Positions 1 to 12,511 of a stretch of 64,000 nt of DNA are shown here, piece after piece (position 1 is the stretch's first letter; each line of letters begins with the position of its first letter). Both the position numbers and the translations under genes were made by a program. This DNA comes from Octopus vulgaris (lineage: Eukaryota). The notes below the pieces were generated by a model. That model was given only the letters and a program-made list of their open reading frames with translations, made no database searches and was not told where the DNA came from. The stretch covers positions 34,534,001 to 34,598,000 of the forward strand of contig OX597827.1 in NCBI GenBank assembly GCA_951406725.2, written 5' to 3'.

Positions 1-185
1 GTTTCCCATGACATAGCATGGCATATATATTGCAGGATTACTCATTTTTGCCAGCTGAATGGACTGGAGTCACATGAAGTGAAGTATTTTGCACACAAGA
101 ACACAATGCAGTGTCCAGTAATTGAAACCACAATCTTATGATCATGAGGGCAATATCTTAACCACTAAGCCATATGCCTCCACAT
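1..185 (-). mobile_element. tRNA-derived SINE family C, 5' part
   Basis: Reverse complement begins GTGGAGGCATATGGCTTAGTGGTTAAG (A box-like), homologous to the head of the 43360-43739 copy. Confidence 0.7.
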
Positions 186-366
186 ATACTATATATATAT
201 AATAATATATGTACTTTTATGTATGTAAACCATGTGCATCTCTTCAAACTTAATTCCAAAAGAAACATTATTTTTGAAACTTAGTCTGAAGAAATGTACA
301 TGGTTTATATTGAAAAAATATGTTTAGTATGATATTATAAATTCGTTATATTCATATTGATATATA

Positions 367-567
367 AGGCGGCGAGCTTGCAGACATGTTTGTCTGCCAT
401 TACATTCTGAGTTCAAATTCCGCTGAGATCGACTTTGCCTTTCATCCTTTCGGGGTCGATAAATTAAGTGCCAGTTTCGCACTGAGGTCGATGTAATCGA
501 CTTAATCGCTTTGTCTGTCCTTGTTTGTTCCCTCTGTGTTTAGCCCCTTGTGGGTAGTAAAGAAATA
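367..567 (+). mobile_element. tRNA-derived SINE family A (AAGGCGGCGAGCT head)
   Basis: B-box-like GAGTTCAAATTCC and conserved body GACTTTGCCTTTCATCCTTTCGGGGTCGATAAATTAAGT, repeated many times in the window. Confidence 0.85.
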
Positions 568-603
568 TATATTCATATTGATATTAATATTTCTATTCAT
601 GAG

Positions 604-800
604 AAGACAGTGAGCTGGCAGAATCTTTAGCATGCAGGGCAAAATGCTTAGTGACATTTCATCTGTCTTAATGTTCTGAGTTCAACTTTCCCTTTCATCC
701 ATTCAGGGCCGATAAAATTAGTACCAGCACTGGGGGTCAATGTAATGTAATTGACTTACCTCACTCTCCTGAACTTGCCATTTCCAAATCTGAAACCAAT
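604..800 (+). mobile_element. SINE family A copy
   Basis: GAGCTGGCAGAATC...TTCTGAGTTCAA...TTTCATCC, same body as 367-567. Confidence 0.75.
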
Positions 801-1278
801 ATTTCTCTTCATGAAATATATTTCTCATGTTGTATGGAAACAACCGTAACTAAATAACTACAGATAATACCATAAATTCCACTTTTTGATTTGATATGTG
901 TGTGCATGGTCATTTGTTCATCATCATTTAAGCTTAATCAAATCTTAATTACTAAACTTAGACTAGAGTAAATATGTCTGTGTTCTATAATAGTGATTTG
1001 ATTCTGTATATAACAAAACTTACAATATTTTTATAATATTGAGTGCGAACTGCTGATATTCTTTACCTGTCATTATATAATATCACCTCCTTCTCCCTTT
1101 ATTCTTTGTTTGATGATCTCTGACATGGTATTGCTACTCACTGATTGTAAACGGAATATTGCTACCCTCAGTATATTTCTGGAAAGTGCGTTATTCTCAT
1201 AGAGATATTCCTCAGTCTATAATATTATATATAAGTATCATCACTAATATATAATATTATATATATATATATATTTGT

Positions 1279-1590
1279 AAGGTGGTGAGCTGGCAGAATC
1301 ATTAGCATGCTGGGTGAAATGCTTAGCTGCATTTCAGCCTTCTTCACGTTCTGAGTTCAAATTCTGCTGAGGTCGACTTTGCCTTTCATCCTTTCAGGAT
1401 CAATAAAATAAGTACTAGTTGCATACTGGGGTCAATCTAATCAACTGGCCTACTCCCCCAAAATTTCGAGCCTTGTGCCTAGAGTAGAAAAGAATAAAAT
1501 AAGTACCAGTTGAGTACTGGGGTCAATGTAATTCTCCAAAATTACCCCTCCTCCAAAATTGCTGGCCTTCTACCAAAATTTGAAGCCAGT
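1279..1590 (+). mobile_element. SINE family A copy with duplicated 3' part
   Basis: AAGGTGGTGAGCTGGCAGAATC head; AATAAAATAAGTAC..GGGGTCAAT segment occurs twice. Confidence 0.8.
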
Positions 1591-2021
1591 ATATATATTT
1601 GTCATCACTAATATACAATATTATATGTAAATGTCATCAGTTGTATATAATCTAGAGTCACTGCCACCACACATTTTCTCACTGGAATATAATTATGATT
1701 TCATAAGGTAATTCCACTCACCATTTTGTACATATTTAGTGAAATCTGACTCCTTTCTTTAAGAGGACATTTACATGTCTTTCAGCTATCACCGGTGATA
1801 TCTCTCTCTCCTCTCTCTCTCTTCTTCCTCTCTCTTTCCCTCTTTGTCCCTCTCTCTATTTTTCTATCTATTTTTCCTTAGTCAATGTTCTCCATGCACA
1901 AGATAAAGTTTTCCATCATGTGTATCCTCACCCATATATGTCTATACATCACACACACACATTTTGTAGTACTGCAAAAGTGCTCAATATACATACATAT
2001 GTGTGTGTGTGTGTGTGTGTG

Positions 2022-2055
<34 letters not shown>

Positions 2056-2282
2056 GGAGCCCTTTTGTGGTACTTAAACTGTTAGAAATAACTGCCAAAT
2101 TCCCCCCAATCACACTACTGTCATTGGACAACATGGTCTCTGATTTGCCAAAAGGTACCTATCTCATGCCTAGAACATCCTTGATCATAGGTCTACTGAA
2201 TCAGAGAAGAGAAAACAAACAAATGTAGAACATCAATGTCCATATATATGTTCTACTCTTTGTATATATCTAAGTTTGTTGA

Positions 2283-2471
2283 CTACTGGAGATTAGTTGT
2301 ACAACTGTTGTGCTGATGATGCCTGTTGAACCAGAAACACCTGTCCACAACTGTTTTCTTATCTCCAGACAATAATGAGTCTGTCCTTTTTCTTAATGGC
2401 ATGTCAACTTTGAAGAATTCTTGATTATTGAGATTATTGGTCTCAGTTGCCATTTGGTAATGACACATCCT
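2283..2471 (-). other. Candidate exon (unique sequence, 61-aa ORF behind a splice acceptor)
   Basis: Minus strand TTTCAATTATCTCTGCTTCTAG| acceptor directly before an open frame RMCHYQMATETNNLNN...NLQ*; no recognisable homology. Confidence 0.25.
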
Positions 2472-2562
2472 CTAGAAGCAGAGATAATTGAAATAAATCT
2501 AAAATTGAGTTTGTATGGGATTTGATATACTTGCTTTTGTCTATCTGCCCATATCTTTTATC

Positions 2563-2925
2563 TTTTACTTGTTTCACTCATTAGGCTGCAGCGATGCTGG
2601 GACACCACCCTGGGGAATTTAAATCGAACTAATGGGCCCCAGTACTTAATTTCTTTTTAGGTTTGATACTTATTCTATAGGTCTCTTTTGCTGAGCTGCT
2701 AAGTTACTGGGATGTAAACGCACCAACATCAGTCATTAAGCAGTAGTGGGGAATAAGCACAGTCACTAAGACACACACACACGCACATATACAATGGGCT
2801 TCTTCCAGTTTTTGTCTACCAAATCCACTCACAAGACACTTTCACAAGGTGACATGTGGTGGGTTTAAACCTGGAATCATGTGGTTGTGAAGCAAGCTTC
2901 TTACCACACATCCATACCTGCACCT
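2563..2925 (-). mobile_element. tRNA-derived SINE family B copy
   Basis: CTTTTACTTGTTTCA tail and TCTACCAAATCCACTCACAAG body match the 19385-19768 copy. Confidence 0.8.
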
Positions 2926-3929
2926 ATAAATTTGTGTGTGTGTGTGTACACATACATACAATACATATATCCATATAACACATACATCAATATAATTCTT
3001 ATCATCATTGCCCATATTGCTTTGCTTTCTTTTTTCTTTATCTATATCATTTTACTATGCTGGCATAGATAAAACTGATCTGTTTCAACACAGTGTCTCA
3101 CCATTTGTCAAGGCCCCTTATTATCTAATACACTGACCATACTATATTGCCACTTGCTATGGCAATATGCTGTGAGCTGGTTCACAGATCAGAGGGAAAA
3201 AAAGATTTATTTGTTGTCACACAAGTCATATAGGCTAGAGGTCACGGTTCACTTAAGTCCTAAGTCATATAGCTGTGGCATAGTTTTAATGGCATACTAC
3301 CCTGCCTATCACCAACTACTTTATAGAATGGACTGGTTGTATCTCATAACTTATGTATGTATGTATACACACAACAGTACAGACACATATAGTAGGCATC
3401 TGCCACCATATATATGTATGTATATCTTTTTATATATCTAATATATAGTCACCATGAATTTATAAACTTTGAGAGAATAAGGAATATTTCTTTTTACTTT
3501 TTTTCTTTTAATGGTTCAGGAAGTACAAATAAAGCTACGAATAATAGTATGTAAATATTGGGTATAGATACATATACACAACATAAAGTGTATGCTATAT
3601 ACACAACAGATCTGTGATCTTGGCAATCCTGGTGCTCTTTATCTACTCACTTCTCTCTCTCTCCCTCCCTCCCTCTCTCTCTCTCTCTCGCTGTATATAT
3701 ATATGTGTGTGTATGTGTCACTTTCTTTCTGTGTATCTTTCCTTCTCTCTCCTACATACTTCCATTCAAAACTAAACAGTTTATTCACTCATATATGCAT
3801 ACATATACATATGCAAACACATATATATATATATGTGTGTATATACATGCATACACACATGCAAGCATAAAATCTCTTGCACACACATTCATGTTTCTAT
3901 TTGCATGAGTATGTGTATATACACACACC

Positions 3930-4197
3930 AGTAGAACAGAGGGCAAAATGGCTTGTGACATTTGGTGCATCTCTTTATAGTCTTAGCTTAAATCTTACCA
4001 AAGTCAGTTTCATTGTTCATCTTTCTGGGATCAATAGAATAATTACTTGTCAAGTTCTGGGCTATTGGAGTGGTTAATAAATTTTGGTCAAATGATGCTG
4101 GGGTCAGTAATAACTCACTCAATGAGGGTGAGAGAATATAATCAAGTCTTTCCTTTAAACAAACATTTTATGGTTTTGTGCCTATGTTAGAAATTAT
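3930..4197 (+). repeat. Diverged SINE-A-like unit, copy 1 of a local duplication
   Basis: Collinear with 5008-5268 over ~265 bp. Confidence 0.75.
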
Positions 4198-5007
4198 ATA
4201 TGTTTGTATATCTATATACACCTGCACACACAGATATACATCAATATACACATACATCTATTTATGTGTGTATGTACGTGTGTCTGCATATATTTGTAAC
4301 ATACCCATTTGTCTGTGAATTCATTGTTCTTAACTCTTCCTCCTAAAGTTTAACAGCCGGTCTTGTATGGCCTAAATTCTAATAAAACCCTGATAAAATG
4401 TACTCATTCTAATAAAATGATAAAATTTAACCATTTCTAATAAAACTTATCCATTCTAATAAAATTTAACCATTTCTAATATAAATGGCTTATAAAAACT
4501 GTTTAAATAATTTATTAACATCATTCAGTATAGATAGTTTTATAAATCTATTTTGTTTTTATTTTCTCTAACTGCTTTTAAGATAAGGGAAAGTGACAAG
4601 CTGTCAAAATCGTTACCACTTTGGACAAAATGCTTAGCAGCATTTCTTCTGGCATTTTATGTTCTGAGTTCAAATACTTCCAAGACTGACATTGCCTTTC
4701 ATCCATTCAGGGTTCATAAAATGAAGTAACAGTCAAGCACTGTGGTTGATGTAATCGACTTACCCCCTCCTTTTACCTAAAATTGTTGGCCTTGCACCAA
4801 AACTTGAAATCATTAAGAGAAGGGGATAGCTAACTACGTCAACCTTTATTCTTGATTCATATTTCATTTTATCCTTTTGGGGGTTGATAAAATATGGTAC
4901 AAATCAAGTACTGGGGTTGATGTAATCAGCTAACCACTTCTCATTAAAATAGATGTCCTTGAGCTTAAATTAGAAATAATTATATTTACTATTATAATGT
5001 GGATTGG

Positions 5008-5268
5008 TAGAACATAAGACAAAATGGCTTGCGATATTTGGTGCATCTTTTTATGTTCTTAGTCCAAATCTTACCAAAGTCAGCTTCATTGTTCATCTTC
5101 CTGTGATCAATAAAATAATTACTTGTCAAATTTTGAGCTGGTGAAATGGTTAATAAGTTCTAGTCAAGTGATGCTGGGGGTTAATAATTACTCACTTAAT
5201 AAGAGAATATAATCAAGTATTTCCTTTAAACAAACATTTTATGGTTTTGTGCCTACGTTAGAAATTAT
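5008..5268 (+). repeat. Diverged SINE-A-like unit, copy 2 of a local duplication
   Basis: Shares AAATCTTACCAAAGTCAG...TTTCCTTTAAACAAACATTTTATGGTTTTGTGCCTA with 3930-4197. Confidence 0.75.
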
Positions 5269-5301
5269 TATTATCATTATCATTATTATTATTTTTATTA
5301 T

Positions 5302-5692
5302 TAAGGTGGTGAGCTGGCAGAACCGTTAGCATGCCAGGAAAAATACTTAGTGGTATTTCGTCTGTCTGTGTTCTGAGTTCAAATGCTTTTCATCCTTTCG
5401 GGATCGATAAATTAAGTACCAGTTACGCACTGGGGTTGATGTAATCAACTTAATTCCTTCCCTCAAATTTGAGGCCTTGTGCTTCCAGTAGAAAAGATTA
5501 TTATTATTATTATTATTATTAAGACAGCGAATTGGCAGAATAATGCTGTTAAGCATTTTGTCTGTCTTTACATTCTGAGTTTAAATTCTGCTGAGGTCCA
5601 CTTTGCTTTTTCAGGGTTGATAAAATAAGTTGATGTAATCAGCTCATCCTCTCCCCCAAAATTGCTGCCCTTATGACAAAATTTGAAACCAT
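5302..5692 (+). mobile_element. Two tandem SINE family A copies separated by (TTA)n
   Basis: Heads AAGGTGGTGAGCTGGCAG (5302) and AAGACAGCGAATTGGCAG (5521). Confidence 0.8.
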
Positions 5693-6437
5693 TCTCATCA
5701 TTATTACTATTCATTTAACCGATTTATCTAAGTATATGTCTTATCTTAGCTCCATCCCACAGCTTAGAGGTGCCCCTGATCCTTTACAGGGTCTCCAAGA
5801 CTTGTAGGAGTGGGGAGGAAGATATCCCCAAACCAGAGACCTGGCCCCAATGTGGTCGTGTGGTAGTGTTAAAATGTGAAACAAATTGAGTCTGTCACTC
5901 AAATGATGAGAGGAAGGAGAGCGACAGCAAAAGAATTTTAAACTTACAGTATTGGCATTTTTCTTCCACCCAAATTTATGGAATTTTATTAAGAAAATAT
6001 TCTTATTTCTAATAATGATTTCTTGTATTGGCACAAAACCATTTTTACTTTTAATAATAGCAAACTTTAAAAAGCTCATACAATAACCATCACTAAAACC
6101 TGAATTTAAAATATTCTTCTGCCAATAAGTCCTTCAACATGTTAGAAATACCAGCCAAATATTTCTTATATTGTACAAAGTTATGGACATACTGGCTAGT
6201 GCAATCTTAGATACTCTATCATATGGTCATGGCTGGAATGCCTTTCATATTAGGCTTGCTCTTTCATTGGTGTCCAAGGGCTAAACACAATATTAAATCA
6301 TTTTTGTCTCAAGTGCCAAAATGTTTTTAAATCACCAGAATTAATGACTTGTTCATGTGAAGTAAACGTGACTTTCAAATGGATAAGTGAAAATTGGAGA
6401 GTCACTACACAGAAATATGTATGTGTGTGTGCGTGTG

Positions 6438-6468
<31 letters not shown>

Positions 6469-6625
6469 ATGTATGCTTTTTTTTATGCCTAGTTGAAGAA
6501 AAACACCTTAACATAAATTGAAGGATCACTTAATACCTTTGAATATCACATATATTTTATTTTTACAAAGGCACCTAAAGCCAAAACTTTGAAGTCACTC
6601 TCAATCTTTTACTTGTGAAAAATAT

Positions 6626-6695
<70 letters not shown>

Positions 6696-7120
6696 ATGTA
6701 TGTATGTATATATATACACACATTTGTAGAAGAGGCAGCATATTGGATTGTCTTATATTTTATTGAAAATTCTTTAATACTGAATACATAAGTGATTATC
6801 TGAAAAAGTAACTTTTAATACTATTAAAGCTAGGTACAGACACTATTAGAGGAAGCTTATAATAACTGTATGTTATTGCAAAACTTAAGTGATTCTCATT
6901 GACTTTATATATTAGAATTACAATATATATATATATATATATATATATAGGTTATAAAATGAGATAGGGGTTGAAAATTCAACCCACCATGGGATAATAT
7001 ATATCCAATATACTGCTAGATAGGTACCAACAAAATTAATACATAGATGTTAAAAATTGTCAAGCAATCAGTTCATCTATTGTATTAAATGGGTAAAGGT
7101 AATAATATTACCGTAATTAA

Positions 7121-7437
7121 TACTATTAAATCAGTAAAACATATATATGATACAATCCATATTTATACACCATTACATATGAGTAAAGAATATATAAATG
7201 AAATGAGATATACAGTAATAGTAAAAGTAAAAAGATAAAGAGATATAAAATTTCAATATAATATGCAAATAAATAAGCATATTATATTTGAAATTTTTTA
7301 CTTATATCTCTTTATCTTTTACTTTTACTATTACTGTATATCTCATTTCATTTTATATATTGCCTACTCATATGTAATGGTGTATTAAAGTATGGATTGT
7401 ATCATCGGATAGTTGATGTTTTACTGATTTAAGTATG
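7121..7437. repeat. Long imperfect inverted repeat (foldback, ~150-bp arms)
   Basis: TGAAATGAGATATACAGTAATAGTAAAAGTAAAAAGATAAAGAGATATAA pairs with TTATATCTCTTTATCTTTTACTTTTACTATTACTGTATATCTCATTTCA; centre ~7272. Confidence 0.9.
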
Positions 7438-7460
7438 TTTCTCCATTCTCTAATTTTGTA

Positions 7461-7548
<88 letters not shown>

Positions 7549-7565
7549 GTGTGTGTGTATATATA

Positions 7566-7600
<35 letters not shown>

Positions 7601-8450
7601 CACTAAACAGATTTCCCTCTTTAAGTTAGCAGAAATCAACAGCATGTGGTTGAAGCCAATCTATAGGTGTATGCTGAATTTAATAGGTTGCTCCAGTCTT
7701 TTAACCCTTGTGTAATGGATCTTGACCAATCATAGTGAGGACTAAAATTGAACCGAGTACTTAGCTAGCAACAACTCTTTCAATATCCATTTATCATTTG
7801 TTTGGAAAGGAAATAAACCTTTGGAATTCATTTGTATTCAATTGCTAACATTAAAACATATGACCACAAGTTTCAGCATAATCTCCTTGACTTGATAATT
7901 GAATCAACCTCCATAAATGACTGGTTCTTATTGACTTTTATGACATTTCTGTTTACAATATACTGTAAGTCCTGTCTCAAGTCCTGAAACTCAAAGAGCC
8001 AGTTGCCCATTTTCCATGGGGTATAAGTGACTAAGATCACAGGGCTACTCATTTACAACTGAGTGGACTGGAGCAACTTGAAATGAAGTGTTTTACTCAA
8101 GAACACAATATACCACTGAATCCAGAAATTGAAAAAATGATCTTGTGATTGTGAAAGTAACGCATTCTAACCATGTGGCCATGTGCTTTCACTTAAAACA
8201 CACAGAGATGAAATTAAATAATGGTCAGTGAAGGACTTTACTATTTCTGTACTCCGTTCAAACTGAATCCACTTTGGTACTCTATCAGTAGAATTTGGGA
8301 ATACAAAACCCTGGCATTTCTACTTCTTACCATTGCTAAACTGCATGGCCAAATTTTAACTCTTCACTGCAAGTAAACAAAGCAATTATGAATTATCACC
8401 TAATTAGCAGAAATAGCAGTATGTTAGTGTAAATGCTTCAGCTTGTAGTA

Positions 8451-8662
8451 TTAACCCATTAGCATTCAGATTACTTTATTTATTCATATTGTTTTGAATT
8501 AATCATACATTATCTTGTAGCTTTGAGATTTTGATAATGCATTTGTTTACTTTCAAAATGACATTGAAGGGCAGTTGTGAGAGGTTTGATCTGATCAGTT
8601 TCAACATAATACAGGTAGAATATTTGGGCCTGATATGGCTGGTTTGAATGCCAAAAGGTTAA
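8451..8662 (+). mobile_element. piggyBac-type MITE (TTAA-flanked)
   Basis: TTAA CCCATTAGCATTCAG ... TTGAATGCCAAAAGG TTAA; related copies at 25182, ~29300 and ~41386. Confidence 0.7.
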
Positions 8663-8888
8663 TCTTGTTAATCTGGGATCAAATTCTGTTAGAATTCACT
8701 TTTGACCTTTGCCCCTTCTTGGCCAATAACATAGGTAGCAGTAATTTATTAGAAGAGTCATTTAAGCATCAGACATATTGCCTTACTGTATTCATTCTAG
8801 CTCTCTACACTTTCAGGTTCAAATACCACTGAGATCAAGTTTGCATTTCAAGGGCAATAAGTTGAGTACCAATATTGTGCCAGGGGCC

Positions 8889-8891
<3 letters not shown>

Positions 8892-8975
<84 letters not shown>

Positions 8976-9017
8976 GCTAGCTAGCTAGCTAGCTAGCTAG
9001 ATAGATAGATAGATAGC
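8892..9017. repeat. Compound microsatellite (CT)n-(CTAT)n-(CTAG)n-(ATAG)n
   Basis: Directly visible. Confidence 0.95.
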
Positions 9018-10293
9018 TATTTTGTGTCCTCTCTTCATAGAAGAAATCAAGTGTGGTCAAACCTAGAGAAGAATGGGCTCTGCCAGGTTTTAAAAAAAAT
9101 AGCTAAAACATGCCATGTCATAACAGTCCAGCTACACTCCCATTAGGAGTTGAGGCATCAAGACTAGGTAAAGTGAGACTTCTCTTTAATAATATATTAC
9201 CTTGCCTTGGGGCCAAAACAAGATAGTTATAAAAAGCAGTAAACTGCACCTACTCATGATACCAATTTGCATCAAGTTGGAGTGATCGAATGGTAGTTTT
9301 AATTATTTTGGTTCTGAGAGATCCCTACTTGGGTCATAAATACAACACAGTGTGTTGCACCTCTATAAGGTGTAGTTGTTTGAAATTGATAAATGTTCAG
9401 CACATTTCTAATAAATTAATCAGAATTTCTAATAATCTAATAATTCTAATAAATTAATTAGAATTTCTAATAACTATTCAAAATTTTATTAATTTATTAG
9501 GAATATATTAGAATATATTACAATTTCTAATAATTCTAATAAACATCTTAAACAAAAAAAAATATCTATTCTAATAAATATTCGACTGAATATTGTAGAA
9601 AAATCCAAATTAGATGTGACATTATCATCATAACCACCATTATCATCATCATAGTCACCACCACCATCATAATCACCATCATTATCATCATCACCACCCT
9701 CATCATCATCACCACTATCATCATCATTTACAGCAACAGCAGCATCACTGCTACTACTACTGCAGGTGCTAAATATCATTTGGAAAATGCTATAGCATCT
9801 CACCCACACAGCTCCCCTTTTTGAGAATTTGAAGAACTTGTAGACAGCCTTGAGGAAAAGCATAAATGTTATCACTTCTCTCCTTGTTTTTTTCTCACTT
9901 CTTTTGCTAATATTACTACAGTAATTTTGAAAACTGCTGCATCTACTACTACAACTTATCCAAACCAATGAGGAAGCCCTCTGTGTTATTGCTTGATCTG
10001 CTAAAAATGGCTGTCAATCAAAATTCCCCTCAAATCACATCATCGTTATCATCCACTTCTCCATGCTTGCATGGGTTGAATGAAATTTTGTTGAGATAGG
10101 TTTTCTTTGGCTGAATGCTTTTTCTGTCATCATCCCTCACTTGTTTCAAACTAAAGTAATATTTCCCCATGGCCAGACATGTTTTCATGAAGATTAGGAA
10201 TAAAGGACTCCACCTCCATGACAGTTATTTTCATATACAACAATCATGTAATGTCTAAGCAAAGAGAAAGTAACATGCACATACACATATATA

Positions 10294-10530
10294 CAGGCTT
10301 GGCCAAAAGTCACATTACAGTAAATCAAATTTCCATAAATACTTAATATTCAAGTTTACTTATTCATTCCAATTATGAATGTTTAATAATTGAATATTGT
10401 GAGTTAAAATCACCGTTGCTTTTCAACAATTGTCTGTTTATTAGCGAAGTCTCATTCAGTTGTTAAACATAAATAGATCTTGGAATTAAATGGTTTTGAT
10501 TTACTGTCAGGTGACTTTTGGTCAACCCTA
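10294..10530. mobile_element. Tc1/mariner-type MITE
   Basis: TA-flanked ~36-bp TIRs CAGGCTTGGCCAAAAGTCACATTACAGTAAATCAAA / TTTGATTTACTGTCAGGTGACTTTTGGTCAACCCTA; non-coding interior. Confidence 0.8.
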
Positions 10531-10570
10531 TATATAGATATAGATATATATATATATATATATATCTCTT

Positions 10571-10625
<55 letters not shown>

Positions 10626-11351
10626 CATGTATGCATATATATCTGTCTATATATATGTATGTGTATAATGACAGGCTTCTCTCAGTTTTTGCCTATCAAA
10701 TCTGCTCACTAGGTTTGGTCAGCCCAGGGCTATAGTGGAAGACACTTGCCCAAGATTCCACAAGTTCTGGGATTAAGCCCAGAACTTGTCGTTGGGAAAC
10801 AAACTTCTTACCACATATACATGCCTACTGTTTAAAATAAAATAAACAGAATGGAAACATTAGATCAATGTATATAGACCGAGATACACAATGTTTTAAC
10901 AAAGCATGGGGTGGTCATGATTGGAATGCCTTTGACCATAAGTCTTCTCAACTAGGACTGGTTTATAGTTAAGAAACAATTACTACTTACTTATCACCAT
11001 AAATATCCATCATTGTCATCATCATCATCATCATCATCATAGTGTGGCTGATCTGATCCAAGGATGTATTAATAAAATATTGCCTTATCTGCTCAAAAAA
11101 ACCAACACAACACAGATGTACACACACACACTTGTATCCAGTCATTCATTCATAAATACATATAATACACACACAGGCAGACATACACAAACTTGTATGT
11201 ACACATTCATAAATACACACATTTGTAAGCAGTTCACATATACACTCACAAATGTCATTAATATATACATTATAATAATCATTCTAATATTTTCAACATT
11301 ATTGTTTTTAATACTTCCATATGCATATATATGTTTATAGTATGTGTTTTT

Positions 11352-11396
<45 letters not shown>

Positions 11397-11712
11397 TTGT
11401 ACTTGCTTGGCAAGTGATGCGATCTTGAAATATTTTGTTGAAACCACCAAAACAATTACATCAAGGAATATGTGACTGTCTTCAACAGATGCAGTGGAAT
11501 TATGTTTGTGAGAATAATCACATAAATTCCACATAAATTTTGACTCTTTAAAGTATAAAATACTTATTAAAAAGTAAACCAAAGTGAATATAAAAGTATA
11601 TTTATAAGTGTTTTTAAGTAGCTAACTTGAGTTTCCTATGATGTAATTGTTTGCTTTATACATATGTGTGTGTGTGTGTGTACATGTATGCATATATGTA
11701 TGTATGTGCATA

Positions 11713-11752
<40 letters not shown>

Positions 11753-12450
11753 CATACATACATAAAACTACACAGGTTTTGTGTATTTAATCACAAGAAA
11801 GGCAGTACAACTGACTGACTTGGACTGCAAAAGCTCCCATCTAGCTGGGTTTTTTTCCACAACTAATCAGGTGCCAGGTGCTTTACTGTTCTGAGTTCAA
11901 AACCCCACCTAAGTGGACTTTACTTTTCATCCTTGTATTGTTGAGAATATAAAAGACCAGCCCTGAACTGGCTTTGATTCTGTTGACCATAGTTAATGCT
12001 GCCCTGTGAAACATGGCATAGTGCCTGATCAAAAGTAGTTTTTATTTAACCTATCTTTGTACATGCTTTCATTCATACATGAGAACATTGAAATATTCCA
12101 TCCTTTTGACCAAAATAATTTCCACCACCACCACCACACCTACCCATCCTTATTCATCATTGGTTGTCAATTAATTAACATTCCGACTATTTTAATTGGT
12201 TGATGATATATGTATGCCAGCCAATGAAATCGCAATGTTTCCAATCATATGTTTCCAGCCTTACACTTCTATCTAATATTACGCTTCCAAATTCTAATAA
12301 CTGATTGTCATTTGTCTCATATAACCATTTGTGGTTTGCTGAAAAAATGTTTCAAGGATGATATTACGTAGACCTGTGTAGAAATTTATCAACTTCTAAT
12401 ATTTGAAAATATTAAAAAAAAAACAATCTTTACACAATATATATATACAT

Positions 12451-12511
<61 letters not shown>

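Noticed and set aside
5750-5807. Apparent terminal exon SIPQLRGAPDPLQGLQDL* after a TTAG acceptor
   Set aside because: Similar DNA recurs at ~53240-53310 (DPLQGLQD), so it is more likely a dispersed repeat fragment
9489-9968. 159-aa D/G-rich ORF
   Set aside because: Produced by a cryptic (CAT/CAC)n trinucleotide repeat; no domain or clear splice structure
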